Translations under genes and position numbers: made by a program | Shown here: piece by piece, positions 51,777 to 60,798 of the stretch | Layout: each line of letters begins with the position of its first letter | Numbering within the stretch: the stretch's first letter is position 1 | Assembly: GCA_041661405.1 (NCBI GenBank) | Contig: JBAZUL010000005.1 | Span: 3,164-67,163 of the forward strand | DNA length: 64,000 nucleotides | Source: Patescibacteria group bacterium | GTDB lineage: Bacteria > Patescibacteriota > Patescibacteriia > Patescibacteriales > JBAZCA01 | Reading direction: 5' to 3' | Notes under the pieces: model-generated | What the model saw: only the letters and a program-made list of their open reading frames with translations | Databases searched by the model: none | What the model was told of the DNA's origin: nothing

Positions 51777-52172
51777 CTATCCGGACAAGCTCTGTTCCGC
51801 GATCTCGGCTACTGTTTCTATTTCAATCATAGCGCCTTTGGGAAGACCAGCGACCTGGATCGTAACCCGAGCCGGATAAGGCTCGGAAAAATATTCCCCG
51901 TAAATTTCGTTCGCTTTAGCAAAATCATTAAGGTCAATTAAGTACATAGTGGAACGAACCACGGCGCCAAAATCCAAACCAACTTCGGCCAAAATAGCTT
52001 TTATGTTTTCCAAAACCTGCCGGGCTTCGGCCTCAATTCCGCCGGAAACCATCTCGCCGTCCGGCCGCAAAGGAATCTGGCCGGAAATAAATAACAGGTT
52101 CCCGGTTCTTACAGCCTGGGAATAAGGGCCGATAGCTTTTGGAGCGTTTGATGTAGTAATTACTTGTTTCAT
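51777..52172 (-). CDS. ridA: RidA family reactive enamine/imine deaminase
   Basis: 131 aa. APKAIGPYSQAV, GQIP and ARV..QVA.LPKGA.IEIE match the YjgF/RidA pattern. Confidence 0.9.
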   Translation of the reverse strand: MKQVITTSNAPKAIGPYSQAVRTGNLLFISGQIPLRPDGEMVSGGIEAEARQVLENIKAILAEVGLDFGAVVRSTMYLIDLNDFAKANEIYGEYFSEPYPARVTIQVAGLPKGAMIEIETVAEIAEQSLSG

Positions 52173-52173
52173 A

Positions 52174-53223
52174 TTATTTCTGCCGCTCCGGCCTTAACGC
52201 TCTGACCGCCGCTCCGGCCTGCCACATCTCGGATTCGCGCATTTCTTTTAATTCATTATCCAGTTTTGCCCGGTAATCCGGATCGCTATTGGCTTTTAGA
52301 ACCACGTCGGTTTGTTCTCCGCTTTTTACCCGGGCGTACAAATCTTCAAAAACCGGCTCCACCGCCTTGCGGAATTCATGGCGCCAGTCCAGCGCGCCGC
52401 GCTGGGCGGTCGTTGAGCAGTTAGCGTACATCCAGTCCATGCCGTTTTCGGCGACTAACGGAATTAAGCTCTGGGTCGCTTCTTCAACTGTCTCGTTAAA
52501 AGCTTCACTCGGCGAATGACCCATCTTCCGCAAAAGGTTATATTGGGCTTCCATGATGCCGGCCAAAGCGCCCATTAAAACTCCGCGTTCGCCGGTTAAA
52601 TCGCTATAAACCTCCTTCTGGAAAGTGGTCGGAAACAGGAATCCGGAACCGACCGCGATTCCGAGAGCCTTTGCCCGGTCTTCAGCCTTGCCGGTCGCGT
52701 CCTGAAAAACCGCGTAGCTTGAGTTAAGCCCTTTGCCTGCGACGAAAAGGCGGCGGAGCGAAGTGCCCGATCCTTTAGGCGCGACTAAAATCACGTCCAC
52801 GTCGGACGGCGGGATTATTCCGGTCTTATCTTTATAAGTAATGCCGAAACCATGGGAAAAATATAAAGCTTTGCCTTTGGTTAAATGTTTTTTTACTGTC
52901 GGCCAAAGGGTAATCTGCCCGGCATCGGATAATAAATAGCAGATAATCGTTCCTTTTTCCAGCGCTTCTTCAATCTCAAATAAATCTTTGCCCGGCTTAA
53001 AACCGTCCGCTACAGCCTTGTCATAAGACGCCGAGGGTTTTCTTTGGCCGACAATTACGTTAATCCCGTTGTCCTTCAGGTTCAGAGACTGTCCGGGACC
53101 CTGCACCCCGTAGCCGATAACAGCCACCACCTCGTCTTTTAAAACTTCCCGCGCTTTTTCCAGAGGAAACTCTTCCCTGGTTACCACTTCCTCCATCACC
53201 CCTCCAAAATTTATTTGCGCCAT
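52174..53223 (-). CDS. ilvC: ketol-acid reductoisomerase (class I)
   Basis: 349 aa. VIGYGVQGPGQSLNLKDNG, the FSHGF motif and a C-terminal knotted-domain pattern. Confidence 0.95.
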   Translation of the reverse strand: MAQINFGGVMEEVVTREEFPLEKAREVLKDEVVAVIGYGVQGPGQSLNLKDNGINVIVGQRKPSASYDKAVADGFKPGKDLFEIEEALEKGTIICYLLSDAGQITLWPTVKKHLTKGKALYFSHGFGITYKDKTGIIPPSDVDVILVAPKGSGTSLRRLFVAGKGLNSSYAVFQDATGKAEDRAKALGIAVGSGFLFPTTFQKEVYSDLTGERGVLMGALAGIMEAQYNLLRKMGHSPSEAFNETVEEATQSLIPLVAENGMDWMYANCSTTAQRGALDWRHEFRKAVEPVFEDLYARVKSGEQTDVVLKANSDPDYRAKLDNELKEMRESEMWQAGAAVRALRPERQK

Positions 53224-53265
53224 AATTTTTAATCTTAATTGATTAAACTTTATAAAAAACTAATA

Positions 53266-54975
53266 TTATTTGCAAATCAACGTGTCCTTCAGAGCCTGTC
53301 CCGGCGGCACCATGGGAAAAACGTTCGCCTCGGGTTCAACCATAAATTCAAGAAATATTGAATCTTTGCTTAGAGCCGCTTTTTTAATCATCGGTTCAAC
53401 CTGATCCAGCCTGGCAATCCGGTAAGCTTCAATCCCGTAGCTCTCGGCGATTTTAACAAAATCCGGATTTTGAAGGGGCGTGCACATGTAGTTTTTCTTA
53501 AAAAACAGTTCTTGCCATTGCCTGACCATTCCTAAAAATCCGTTATTGACCATTATTATTTTAACCGGCAGTTTGTACTCCATTACCGCGCCGAGTTCCT
53601 GCATGTTCATCTGAAATCCGCCGTCGCCCATAATAGACCAAACCTGTTTTTCCGGCCTGGCGATTTGCGCCCCGACTGCCGCCGGAAGGCTATAGCCCAT
53701 GCACCCGAGTCCTCCGGAAGACAGAAACTGGCCGGGATAATTAAAATTAAAATAATGAGCCGTCCACATCTGGTTCTGGCCGACATCAGACACGACTATT
53801 GAATCTTTGGCCGCCTGCCGCGAAATCTCTTCAATCACTTCAAAAACGAACATGTGATTGGTTCTTTTCAGCCTGGCTTCGGTTTTTATCTTATCAAGGC
53901 AGGTTTTTTCTTCCATTTCGCAAATCTTGTCAATCCAGCCTTTTCTCCTTTCAGCGCCCGCTTTCCCGGCCGTCTTTGAATTTAACATCCTGATCGTATC
54001 TTTGCAATTACCCAGAAGCGCCGCGTCAGCCGGAACGTTTTTTCCGATTTCCCGCGGATCAATTTCCAGATGGATAATTTTCGCCCGCTTAGCGTAATGT
54101 TCAAGGTTGCCGGTTATCCGGTCGGAAAATCTCGTTCCGATAGCGATTATCAGGTCGGCGTTATGGACGGCTAAATTAGCGTAAGCCATGCCATGCATGC
54201 CCACCATGCCGAAATTTAACGGATGACTATCCGGCAAAACGGAAAGTCCGAGCAATGTCGTAACAAAAGGCAAATCGTTTGACTCAACGAATTCTTTAAA
54301 CTCCTCCGAAGCGCCGGATAAAATTATTCCGTGGCCGGCGATTACTACCGGCTTTTTTGACCCGTCAATAAGCGCCAGGGCTTTTTCCATTTCTTTATTA
54401 AAATCCTTCACGATCTTTTTATCCGCGCCGTCATCCGGAGCTGTTTTGTCGTCTTTAGGATAAACAAAATCTTTTACTTCAGCCTTAATTACGTCCACCG
54501 GCAAATCAATATGCACCGGCCGTGGCCGTCCGGATCGGGCGAGATAAAAGGCTTCCTTCACAATTCCCGGCAGGTCTTTCACGTCTTTGACAAAATAATT
54601 TTTTTTCGTGATCGGGCGGGTAACTTCGGTCATTTTTATTTCCTGAAAAGCGTCAGTGCCGTAAATTTTCGTTGAAACCTGCGCCGTAATCGCCACCATG
54701 CCGATTGAGTCCATGTAAGCGTTCGCTATGCCTGAGATAAGGTTGGTCGCGCCGGGTCCGGATGTGCTTAAACACACCCCTGGTTTTCCGGTAACGCGAA
54801 AATAAGCATCAGCCGCCATGGCCGCGCCCTGCTCGTTTCTCGGAAGGACATGCTTAATTTGCGGATAGCTGGATAACCGGTCATGGAGAGGGATAGTCAC
54901 TCCTCCCGGATAGCCGAAAATCACCTCCACCCCTTCCTCCAGTAATGACTTTATTAATATGTCAGCGCCGATCAT
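53266..54975 (-). CDS. ilvB: acetolactate synthase large subunit
   Basis: 569 aa ThDP enzyme. GADILIKSLLEEGV..IFGYPGG, GPGATN and GLGCMGYSLPAAVGA...GDGGFQMN. No ilvN-like small subunit lies adjacent. Confidence 0.9.
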   Translation of the reverse strand: MIGADILIKSLLEEGVEVIFGYPGGVTIPLHDRLSSYPQIKHVLPRNEQGAAMAADAYFRVTGKPGVCLSTSGPGATNLISGIANAYMDSIGMVAITAQVSTKIYGTDAFQEIKMTEVTRPITKKNYFVKDVKDLPGIVKEAFYLARSGRPRPVHIDLPVDVIKAEVKDFVYPKDDKTAPDDGADKKIVKDFNKEMEKALALIDGSKKPVVIAGHGIILSGASEEFKEFVESNDLPFVTTLLGLSVLPDSHPLNFGMVGMHGMAYANLAVHNADLIIAIGTRFSDRITGNLEHYAKRAKIIHLEIDPREIGKNVPADAALLGNCKDTIRMLNSKTAGKAGAERRKGWIDKICEMEEKTCLDKIKTEARLKRTNHMFVFEVIEEISRQAAKDSIVVSDVGQNQMWTAHYFNFNYPGQFLSSGGLGCMGYSLPAAVGAQIARPEKQVWSIMGDGGFQMNMQELGAVMEYKLPVKIIMVNNGFLGMVRQWQELFFKKNYMCTPLQNPDFVKIAESYGIEAYRIARLDQVEPMIKKAALSKDSIFLEFMVEPEANVFPMVPPGQALKDTLICK

Positions 54976-55032
54976 AAATTTCTCATAACTCGTAACGCGT
55001 AGCTCATAACAAATAAATTAACTTTCCGCGCT

Positions 55033-56652
55033 TTATCTATTATCAACCGCGTTTTTTCTATATGCCTCCAGCATCCTCGTCATCTTTCTCGCTGGGATCT
55101 TTACCGTTTTTAGTCTTTTCTTAATTTCGTTCTTTGATAATTTTACATTCAGCCTCCGTTTCGGGATATCAATCTCAATCATATCGCCGTCCCGGATTAC
55201 GCCGATTACGCCGCCGAGGTACGCTTCGGGTTCAATATGCCCGATGGCCGCTCCGCGGGTTCCGCCGGAAAATCTTCCGTCAGTTATCAGGGCGCATTTT
55301 AACCCGGCGCCGGTTATCGCCGCGGTCGGAGTAAGCATCTCGGGCATGCCCGGCGCGCCAGCCAGCCCCATGAAATTTATAACAATCACATCGTTGTTTT
55401 TTATTTTTTTATCGCGCACGGCTTTTAACACCGCTTCTTCGTTATCAAACACCTTGGCCGGTCCGGTTATTTTCATCATGTCCGGCTCCACGGCTGTTTG
55501 TTTAACCACTGACGAGCGCGCCAAATTGCCTTTTAAAACCGCGATCCCGCCTTCTTTATAAAAAGGATTACTAAGCGGCCTTATCACTTTATCGTTTTTC
55601 ACTTTAGCCGACTTGGCAATCTGCTTAATTTTTTTTCCATTAATAGTCTTGGCTTCCAGTAAATATTTTTCCAAACGATTTAACACCGCCGGAATGCCTC
55701 CGGCCTTATCTAGTTCTTCCATAACATAAGGCCCAGCCGGCCGGATATGGCAGATATTAGAGGTTGTCCGCGCCAAATCGTCAAATACATGGAGCGGTAA
55801 ATCTATTCCGCATTCTTTGGCAATGGCCGGTAAATGCAAGGCCGTATTGGTTGAACCGCCGATGGCCATATCCACCCGCACGGCGTTTAAAAAGGCGTTT
55901 TTCGTCATGATGTCTTTTGGCCGGACATTCTTTTTCACCAGTTCCACGATTCGCCTGCCAGTCGCGTAAGCCTGTTTTTTCTTTTTAGGATCCACGGCTA
56001 AGGTCGTAGCGCATCCGGTTACGCTCATTCCAAGCACTTCGGTCATGGCCGCCATGGAATTGGCGGTAAAAAGCCCGGCGCAGGATCCGGCTCCGGGGCA
56101 GGAATTACATTCTATTTCCATGGCGTCTTTTTTCGTCAATTTTCCGGCTTCGTATTGCCCGACCGCTTCAAAATCGGAAATTACATCCATTTTTTTTCCG
56201 TTCACAATGCCGGCTTTCATCGGACCGCCGGTTAAAATCGCCGTTGGCAGGTTCAGCCGCCCGGCCGCCATAAGCATGCCCGGCGTTATCTTATCGCAAT
56301 TCGTCACTCCAACCCAGCCGTCCAAAGAATGGGACAGGGCCATGATTTCAATATTATCGGCAATATGTTCCCGGCTCGGCAGGCTAAGGCGCATTTCAAC
56401 ATACATGGCAATGCCGTCGCAGACTCCCGGCACGCCCCATTCAAAAGGAACGCCTCCGGCAGAGCGAATACCCCGCTTCACTTCTTCAGCCAGTTCGCGC
56501 AAATGGATATGCCCGGGAATTATGTCATTAAAAGAGTTAGCCACGCCGATAAAAGGCTTTTTAAAATCTTCGCCTTTTAACCCGCTCGCCCGGAGCAAAG
56601 CCCGGTGCGGCATGGTAGCGATACCTGTTTTTAGTTTTTGCGATGGAAGCAT
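55033..56652 (-). CDS. ilvD: dihydroxy-acid dehydratase
   Basis: 539 aa. [25 protein letters not shown] and SPEA-like motifs. Confidence 0.95.
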   Translation of the reverse strand: MLPSQKLKTGIATMPHRALLRASGLKGEDFKKPFIGVANSFNDIIPGHIHLRELAEEVKRGIRSAGGVPFEWGVPGVCDGIAMYVEMRLSLPSREHIADNIEIMALSHSLDGWVGVTNCDKITPGMLMAAGRLNLPTAILTGGPMKAGIVNGKKMDVISDFEAVGQYEAGKLTKKDAMEIECNSCPGAGSCAGLFTANSMAAMTEVLGMSVTGCATTLAVDPKKKKQAYATGRRIVELVKKNVRPKDIMTKNAFLNAVRVDMAIGGSTNTALHLPAIAKECGIDLPLHVFDDLARTTSNICHIRPAGPYVMEELDKAGGIPAVLNRLEKYLLEAKTINGKKIKQIAKSAKVKNDKVIRPLSNPFYKEGGIAVLKGNLARSSVVKQTAVEPDMMKITGPAKVFDNEEAVLKAVRDKKIKNNDVIVINFMGLAGAPGMPEMLTPTAAITGAGLKCALITDGRFSGGTRGAAIGHIEPEAYLGGVIGVIRDGDMIEIDIPKRRLNVKLSKNEIKKRLKTVKIPARKMTRMLEAYRKNAVDNR

Positions 56653-56656
56653 AATT

Positions 56657-57556
56657 TTATACGTAAGTTAACCACTTTTTATATTTATCATTTTCCCCCG
56701 ACACAATCCGCATAAATTTTTCATTCAGTTTCGCGGTTATCGACCCCATTTTCCCGTCGGCAATCCGGCAATCATTTATTGATCCGATCGGCGTTACTTC
56801 GGCCGCCGTGCCGGTAAAAAAGCACTCATCGGCTGACAAAGCTTCGTCCATGGTAATTGTTTTTTCTTCGGTTTCATATCCAAGCTCCCTGGCCAGTTCA
56901 ATAATGGATTTTCTCGTAATCCCGGCGAGGATTGTCCCGAGTTTGGGCGTAATTAGTTTTCCATCTTTTACCAGGAAAAAATTTTCTCCCGGCCCTTCGG
57001 CGATATTTCCGTTAAAATCCAGAAGCAAAGCCTCGTCATAGCCTTCGCCGTTGACCTGTAAAAAAGACAGGATGGAATTGACGTAATGGCCGCAGATTTT
57101 CGCGTCAGCCACGGACGATTGCGGATGGATCCGGATATAATCGGCTACTTTCACTTTTATCGGATCAGCGCTTAAATATTTGCCCCAAGGCCAGGCGGCG
57201 ATAATCCCTTCCACCGGACAGCCTAACGGGCTGATGCGCAGTTCGCCATAACCGTAATAAATTAGCGGCCGGATGTAGCCTTGCTTTAATCCGTTGATTT
57301 TTACGGTTTCAATTATCGCGTTTTTAAACTCTTCTTTAGTCCACGGCATTTTCATTTTTATGGCGTTAGCCGAATAGTAAAGCCGGTCAATATGCTCGTC
57401 CAGGCGGAAAATAGCCCCGCCCCGCGAAGCCTCGTAAACGCGGATGCCTTCAAAAACTCCGGAGCCGTAATGGAGCGAGTGGGACAGGACGTGGACTTTA
57501 ACGTCCTCCCAGAGCTTCATCTCCCCGTTTTGCCAGATGTATTTAGTCGTTTGCAT
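56657..57556 (-). CDS. ilvE: branched-chain amino acid aminotransferase
   Basis: Start at [13 protein letters not shown]...[14 protein letters not shown] (57556). The track start at 57667 overlaps the upstream gene by 110 nt. Fold-type IV motifs EGPGENFF and GITR are present. Confidence 0.9.
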   Translation of the reverse strand: MQTTKYIWQNGEMKLWEDVKVHVLSHSLHYGSGVFEGIRVYEASRGGAIFRLDEHIDRLYYSANAIKMKMPWTKEEFKNAIIETVKINGLKQGYIRPLIYYGYGELRISPLGCPVEGIIAAWPWGKYLSADPIKVKVADYIRIHPQSSVADAKICGHYVNSILSFLQVNGEGYDEALLLDFNGNIAEGPGENFFLVKDGKLITPKLGTILAGITRKSIIELARELGYETEEKTITMDEALSADECFFTGTAAEVTPIGSINDCRIADGKMGSITAKLNEKFMRIVSGENDKYKKWLTYV

Positions 57557-57557
57557 A

Positions 57558-59408
57558 TCATTTTCTCTTATTACACAAAATATTATATCCCCGCTCAAAC
57601 GCCTCAATTGACGCGACGATGATATCCGGCGAGGTGGCGGTGGCGATGACTTTATTTTCAAATTCATCTTTTAAATTCATGGTTACCTCAACCGACGCGT
57701 CAGTTCCCTTGCGGTCAATTTTCACGTCATAATCAATGAGCCAGTAATTCGGCAGTTTTTCGCTCTTTATCACTTCCCGCGCGGCTTTCATTATCGCGTC
57801 CACCGGACCGACGCCTAAAGTTTTCGCTTTGCAGATATGTTTTTCGTTAATCCTGACGCAAACTTCAGCCTCGGCCTTACCGGATTTGGAAGTCGTCACC
57901 TTAAAATCTTCCACTTTAATAATTTTCTTCGCGCCCGGGTCGGTCTTTAAGATGGCTTCTATGACATGCTGTAAATCCGATTTCCGCATCTTGTCTTCTT
58001 TCTTAAAAAAATTCTCCACTTCTTCCTGGATGGCTTCCAAATATTTTTTCGTCAAATCAACTCCGAATTTTTCTTTTACTGTTTTATTGGTCTGTTTCAG
58101 ATTCGGCATTCTAGCGAATAGCACTTCTGTTTTATCTTTTTCCGCCGAAGCCTGGATTTTATAAAGCTTCATTTTCAGATAACGGTCAACTTCCGAAAGC
58201 TTCGGCTCTATGGATGGCGGCGAAGGCAAGATTCGGAGCATAGTCAAAGGATCTTTTAAGCCATGCCCCGTAAGCGAGCATACCACGACATCATTCTCCT
58301 TTATCCGGCGCTCGTTAACCATCTTTTTTAAGGCCGCCAAAGGCAGGGCTGAAGACGGCTCAACAAAAATGGATTCTTCGCCCGCGAGCTCTTTTTCCGC
58401 TTCAAGAATCTCTTCATCGGAAATTTCCAAAGCCATTCCTTTGGTTTCATAAATCGCTTTTAATACTTTTACGCCGTCAAAGGGATTATTTACCGCTACG
58501 GCCGAAGCTATCGTATTAAGTTTAGTTAAGGGCGTGATGTCTTTTTTTCCTTTTTTAAACGCCTCCACCACGGCGTTAGATCCCCGGGGCTGGACAGCTA
58601 TCACCTTAGGCAGTTTATCAATTAATCCGAGATTGTAGTATTCTTTCATGCCTTTGTAAATCGCCGCCAGGTTGGTTCCGACTCCGACCGGACCGATTAA
58701 ATAGTCCGGAGCGTTCCAGTTTAACTGCTCTACTATTTCATATCCTTGGGATTTTTGCCCTTCGGCCCGAAAGGCGTAATCACCGGCCAGATAAAAACCA
58801 TATTTTCTCGCGATCTCTTCCGCCAATTTAGCGCAAATACTGTAAGGCGCCCGGACCTGAATCATTCTCGCGCCATACGCCAGAGTCTGAGTCAATTTCC
58901 CCAAAGGCGTTCCTTCGGGGATAACAATATAGGCCGGCAAACCCGCCTGAGCCGCGTAGGCGGAAACCGAAGCCGCCATATTCCCGGTTGAGGCGACAAC
59001 AATCGCTTTGGCTCCGATTTCAAGCGCCTTGGTTATTTCAACCATGGTGCCGCGATCTTTAAAAACTCCGGTCGGGTTGGTGGTCTCGTCTTTAAAATAA
59101 ATATTTTTAATTCCGAGCTTTTTGGCGATTCTTTTTGATTTTTTCAGCGGCGTTCCTCCCTCGTTCAGGCTCACCAGCTTGCTTAAATCAAGAATAGGGT
59201 AAAAATTCAGGTATTTGGTCGCGGAAATCGGCGCGCTTCTCAGGTTATATAAATTAAGCCGGGCTCCGATAAATTTCCAGTCATAAGAAACATCCAAAGG
59301 ACCGCCGCACTTAAGACAGGTCGTGGATGTTTCTTTTTCATCCCAAACCGCGCCGCATTTTACGCATTTCAGCTGGTAGAATTTATTGTTGTTAGCGCTG
59401 GCTTTCAT
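57558..59408 (-). CDS. ThrC-family PLP enzyme (N-terminal Zn-ribbon) fused to a C-terminal LeuA_dimer-type allosteric domain
   Basis: 616 aa. CVKCG...CLKCGG ribbon, FKDETTNPTGVFKDRG (PLP Lys) and ASTGNMAAS. After about residue 400 comes a linker, then AEAEVCVRI...TLGVGPVDAIMKAAREV...LIDYDVKI..KGTDASVEVTM...SPDIIVASIEAFERGYN, which aligns with 31022..31435 and with the LeuA/CimA C-terminus at 62751. Confidence 0.8.
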   Translation of the reverse strand: MKASANNNKFYQLKCVKCGAVWDEKETSTTCLKCGGPLDVSYDWKFIGARLNLYNLRSAPISATKYLNFYPILDLSKLVSLNEGGTPLKKSKRIAKKLGIKNIYFKDETTNPTGVFKDRGTMVEITKALEIGAKAIVVASTGNMAASVSAYAAQAGLPAYIVIPEGTPLGKLTQTLAYGARMIQVRAPYSICAKLAEEIARKYGFYLAGDYAFRAEGQKSQGYEIVEQLNWNAPDYLIGPVGVGTNLAAIYKGMKEYYNLGLIDKLPKVIAVQPRGSNAVVEAFKKGKKDITPLTKLNTIASAVAVNNPFDGVKVLKAIYETKGMALEISDEEILEAEKELAGEESIFVEPSSALPLAALKKMVNERRIKENDVVVCSLTGHGLKDPLTMLRILPSPPSIEPKLSEVDRYLKMKLYKIQASAEKDKTEVLFARMPNLKQTNKTVKEKFGVDLTKKYLEAIQEEVENFFKKEDKMRKSDLQHVIEAILKTDPGAKKIIKVEDFKVTTSKSGKAEAEVCVRINEKHICKAKTLGVGPVDAIMKAAREVIKSEKLPNYWLIDYDVKIDRKGTDASVEVTMNLKDEFENKVIATATSPDIIVASIEAFERGYNILCNKRK

Positions 59409-59442
59409 AAAAATGGCTGTTAGTTTTTAATTTATCCCTTCT

Positions 59443-59470
59443 ATAAAAAATACCACCTATGTTGGTGGCA
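59443..59470 (-). terminator. attenuator terminator of the Ile/Leu/Val leader
   Basis: The minus strand reads GCCACCaacataGGTGGT followed by ATTTTTTAT. Upstream GTGGCAGTTT can pair with AAACTGCCAC (10 bp) to sequester the 5' arm. Confidence 0.6.
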
Positions 59471-59504
59471 GTTTTTTCTTTTTTGTTCAATCGTGAAACT
59501 GCCA

Positions 59505-59570
59505 CTAGGTGGGTATAATCAAGCTTACTACTACTACAATATCCAGAATTTTTGGCAGTTTTTCGGTCAT
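59505..59570 (-). CDS. Ile/Leu/Val-rich leader peptide (21 aa)
   Basis: Own translation gives MTEKLPKILDIVVVVSLIIPT. Ten of twelve consecutive codons are Ile, Leu or Val. It is below the ORF-track cutoff. Confidence 0.7.
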   Translation of the reverse strand: MTEKLPKILDIVVVVSLIIPT

Positions 59571-59576
59571 GTGTAT

Positions 59577-59605
59577 ATTCTAAATCTTTCCCATAAAGGT
59601 GTCAA
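59577..59605 (-). promoter_or_regulatory. sigma70-like promoter for the ILV leader (leaderless geometry)
   Basis: On the minus strand, TTGACA (59605-59600), a 17-nt spacer and TAGAAT (59582-59577). The leader ATG is 6 nt downstream. Confidence 0.55.
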
Positions 59606-59640
59606 GGGATCCGTCCGCTGGAAATGGTCCGGACAGCGAT

Positions 59641-60798
59641 TCATATCCCGGCCAATATTTTTTCTCCCATCGCGCGGGTTCCGAGGAGTTTTTTCGGATT
59701 ATCCCCGGCCGAAAATAAATCCCCGGTTCGGTAGCCCTTGACAAGGGTTTGTTCCACCGCCTTTTCAATGGCTTTTGCCCCTTTTTTGGCGCCGATATGG
59801 CGAAGCATTAACGCTCCGGTCAAAATCCGACCTAAGGGATTGGCCTTGTCTTTGCCCGCGAGAGTCGGCGCTGTCCCGGCTCCGGATTCAAACATGGCCG
59901 CTTGCGTTTCCGGGTTAACGGCCGAAGAGCACATTAACCCCATGCTCCCGAGCGCCGCGGCCGCCCCGTCGGATAATATGTCGCCGTGCTCGTTGCCGCA
60001 GGCAATCACTCCGCTTAATTTCGCCGGAGTAAAAAGCATGGAGTTGGCCGAATCCACCAATTGATGAATCAGTTTGACATCGGGAAATTCATCAGCGCCG
60101 ATTTTAGTTACAATTTTCCTCCATAAATCATAACGGGCCATGACATTGGCCTTATCCACGGAGATGAGCGGCAATTTTAATTCCCGGGCGTAATTAAAAC
60201 AGGCGCGGATATATTTTTCCACCGTGGATTTCCTGTAATAAGCCATGTCAACGATAATCTCGTCATCCGAAGAAACATCCTGCTTTAATTTTAAGCCGAT
60301 TTTATTTTTTATCTCTTCCGGAATTTCATGCCTTAAATCAAGATTGCCAAAATAGCTGTCTTCAAGAAGAAACCTGACCCAAAATTGAGTTACGCCTTCT
60401 TCGGGAATATTTTCCGGCTTTACCATTGAAAGATAATCCAGGGATTTGTAATAAATCATCGGCCGGAAATTTAAGAGGAGTCCCATTTCTTTTCTTAAAG
60501 TTAAAAGCGCCCGGGCTTCAGGCATCATTTCCGGTTTTTCTTTGCCAATAGTTTTGTCAAATTTCGGGTCGCCGACTCCGCCGAAAAAAATCGTCCCGAT
60601 TTCCACGGCCTTTTTAAAAGACTCTTCAGGCATTGTATCGCCGAATTCCTCATAAGCGTTCCAGCCCATGGGAGTTTTTATAAATTCAATTTCCAGGTTG
60701 TCCAGTTTCGCCGCCGCGATAACAATCCGGCAGGCTTCGGCCATCATCTCCGGACCGGCGCCATCGCCGGGAACAAGAGCGATTATTTTTTTTGTCAT
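59641..60798 (-). CDS. leuB: 3-isopropylmalate dehydrogenase
   Basis: 385 aa. IALVPGDGAGPEM, the NxxGDILSD-like GNEHGDILSD, and the family layout. Confidence 0.95.
   Translation of the reverse strand: MTKKIIALVPGDGAGPEMMAEACRIVIAAAKLDNLEIEFIKTPMGWNAYEEFGDTMPEESFKKAVEIGTIFFGGVGDPKFDKTIGKEKPEMMPEARALLTLRKEMGLLLNFRPMIYYKSLDYLSMVKPENIPEEGVTQFWVRFLLEDSYFGNLDLRHEIPEEIKNKIGLKLKQDVSSDDEIIVDMAYYRKSTVEKYIRACFNYARELKLPLISVDKANVMARYDLWRKIVTKIGADEFPDVKLIHQLVDSANSMLFTPAKLSGVIACGNEHGDILSDGAAAALGSMGLMCSSAVNPETQAAMFESGAGTAPTLAGKDKANPLGRILTGALMLRHIGAKKGAKAIEKAVEQTLVKGYRTGDLFSAGDNPKKLLGTRAMGEKILAGI

Noticed and set aside
57557-57667. ilvE start at 57667
   Set aside because: It would overlap the upstream ThrC-like gene by 110 nt and add a Pro/Arg/Ser-rich tail. 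The conserved aminotransferase N-terminus starts at 57556.
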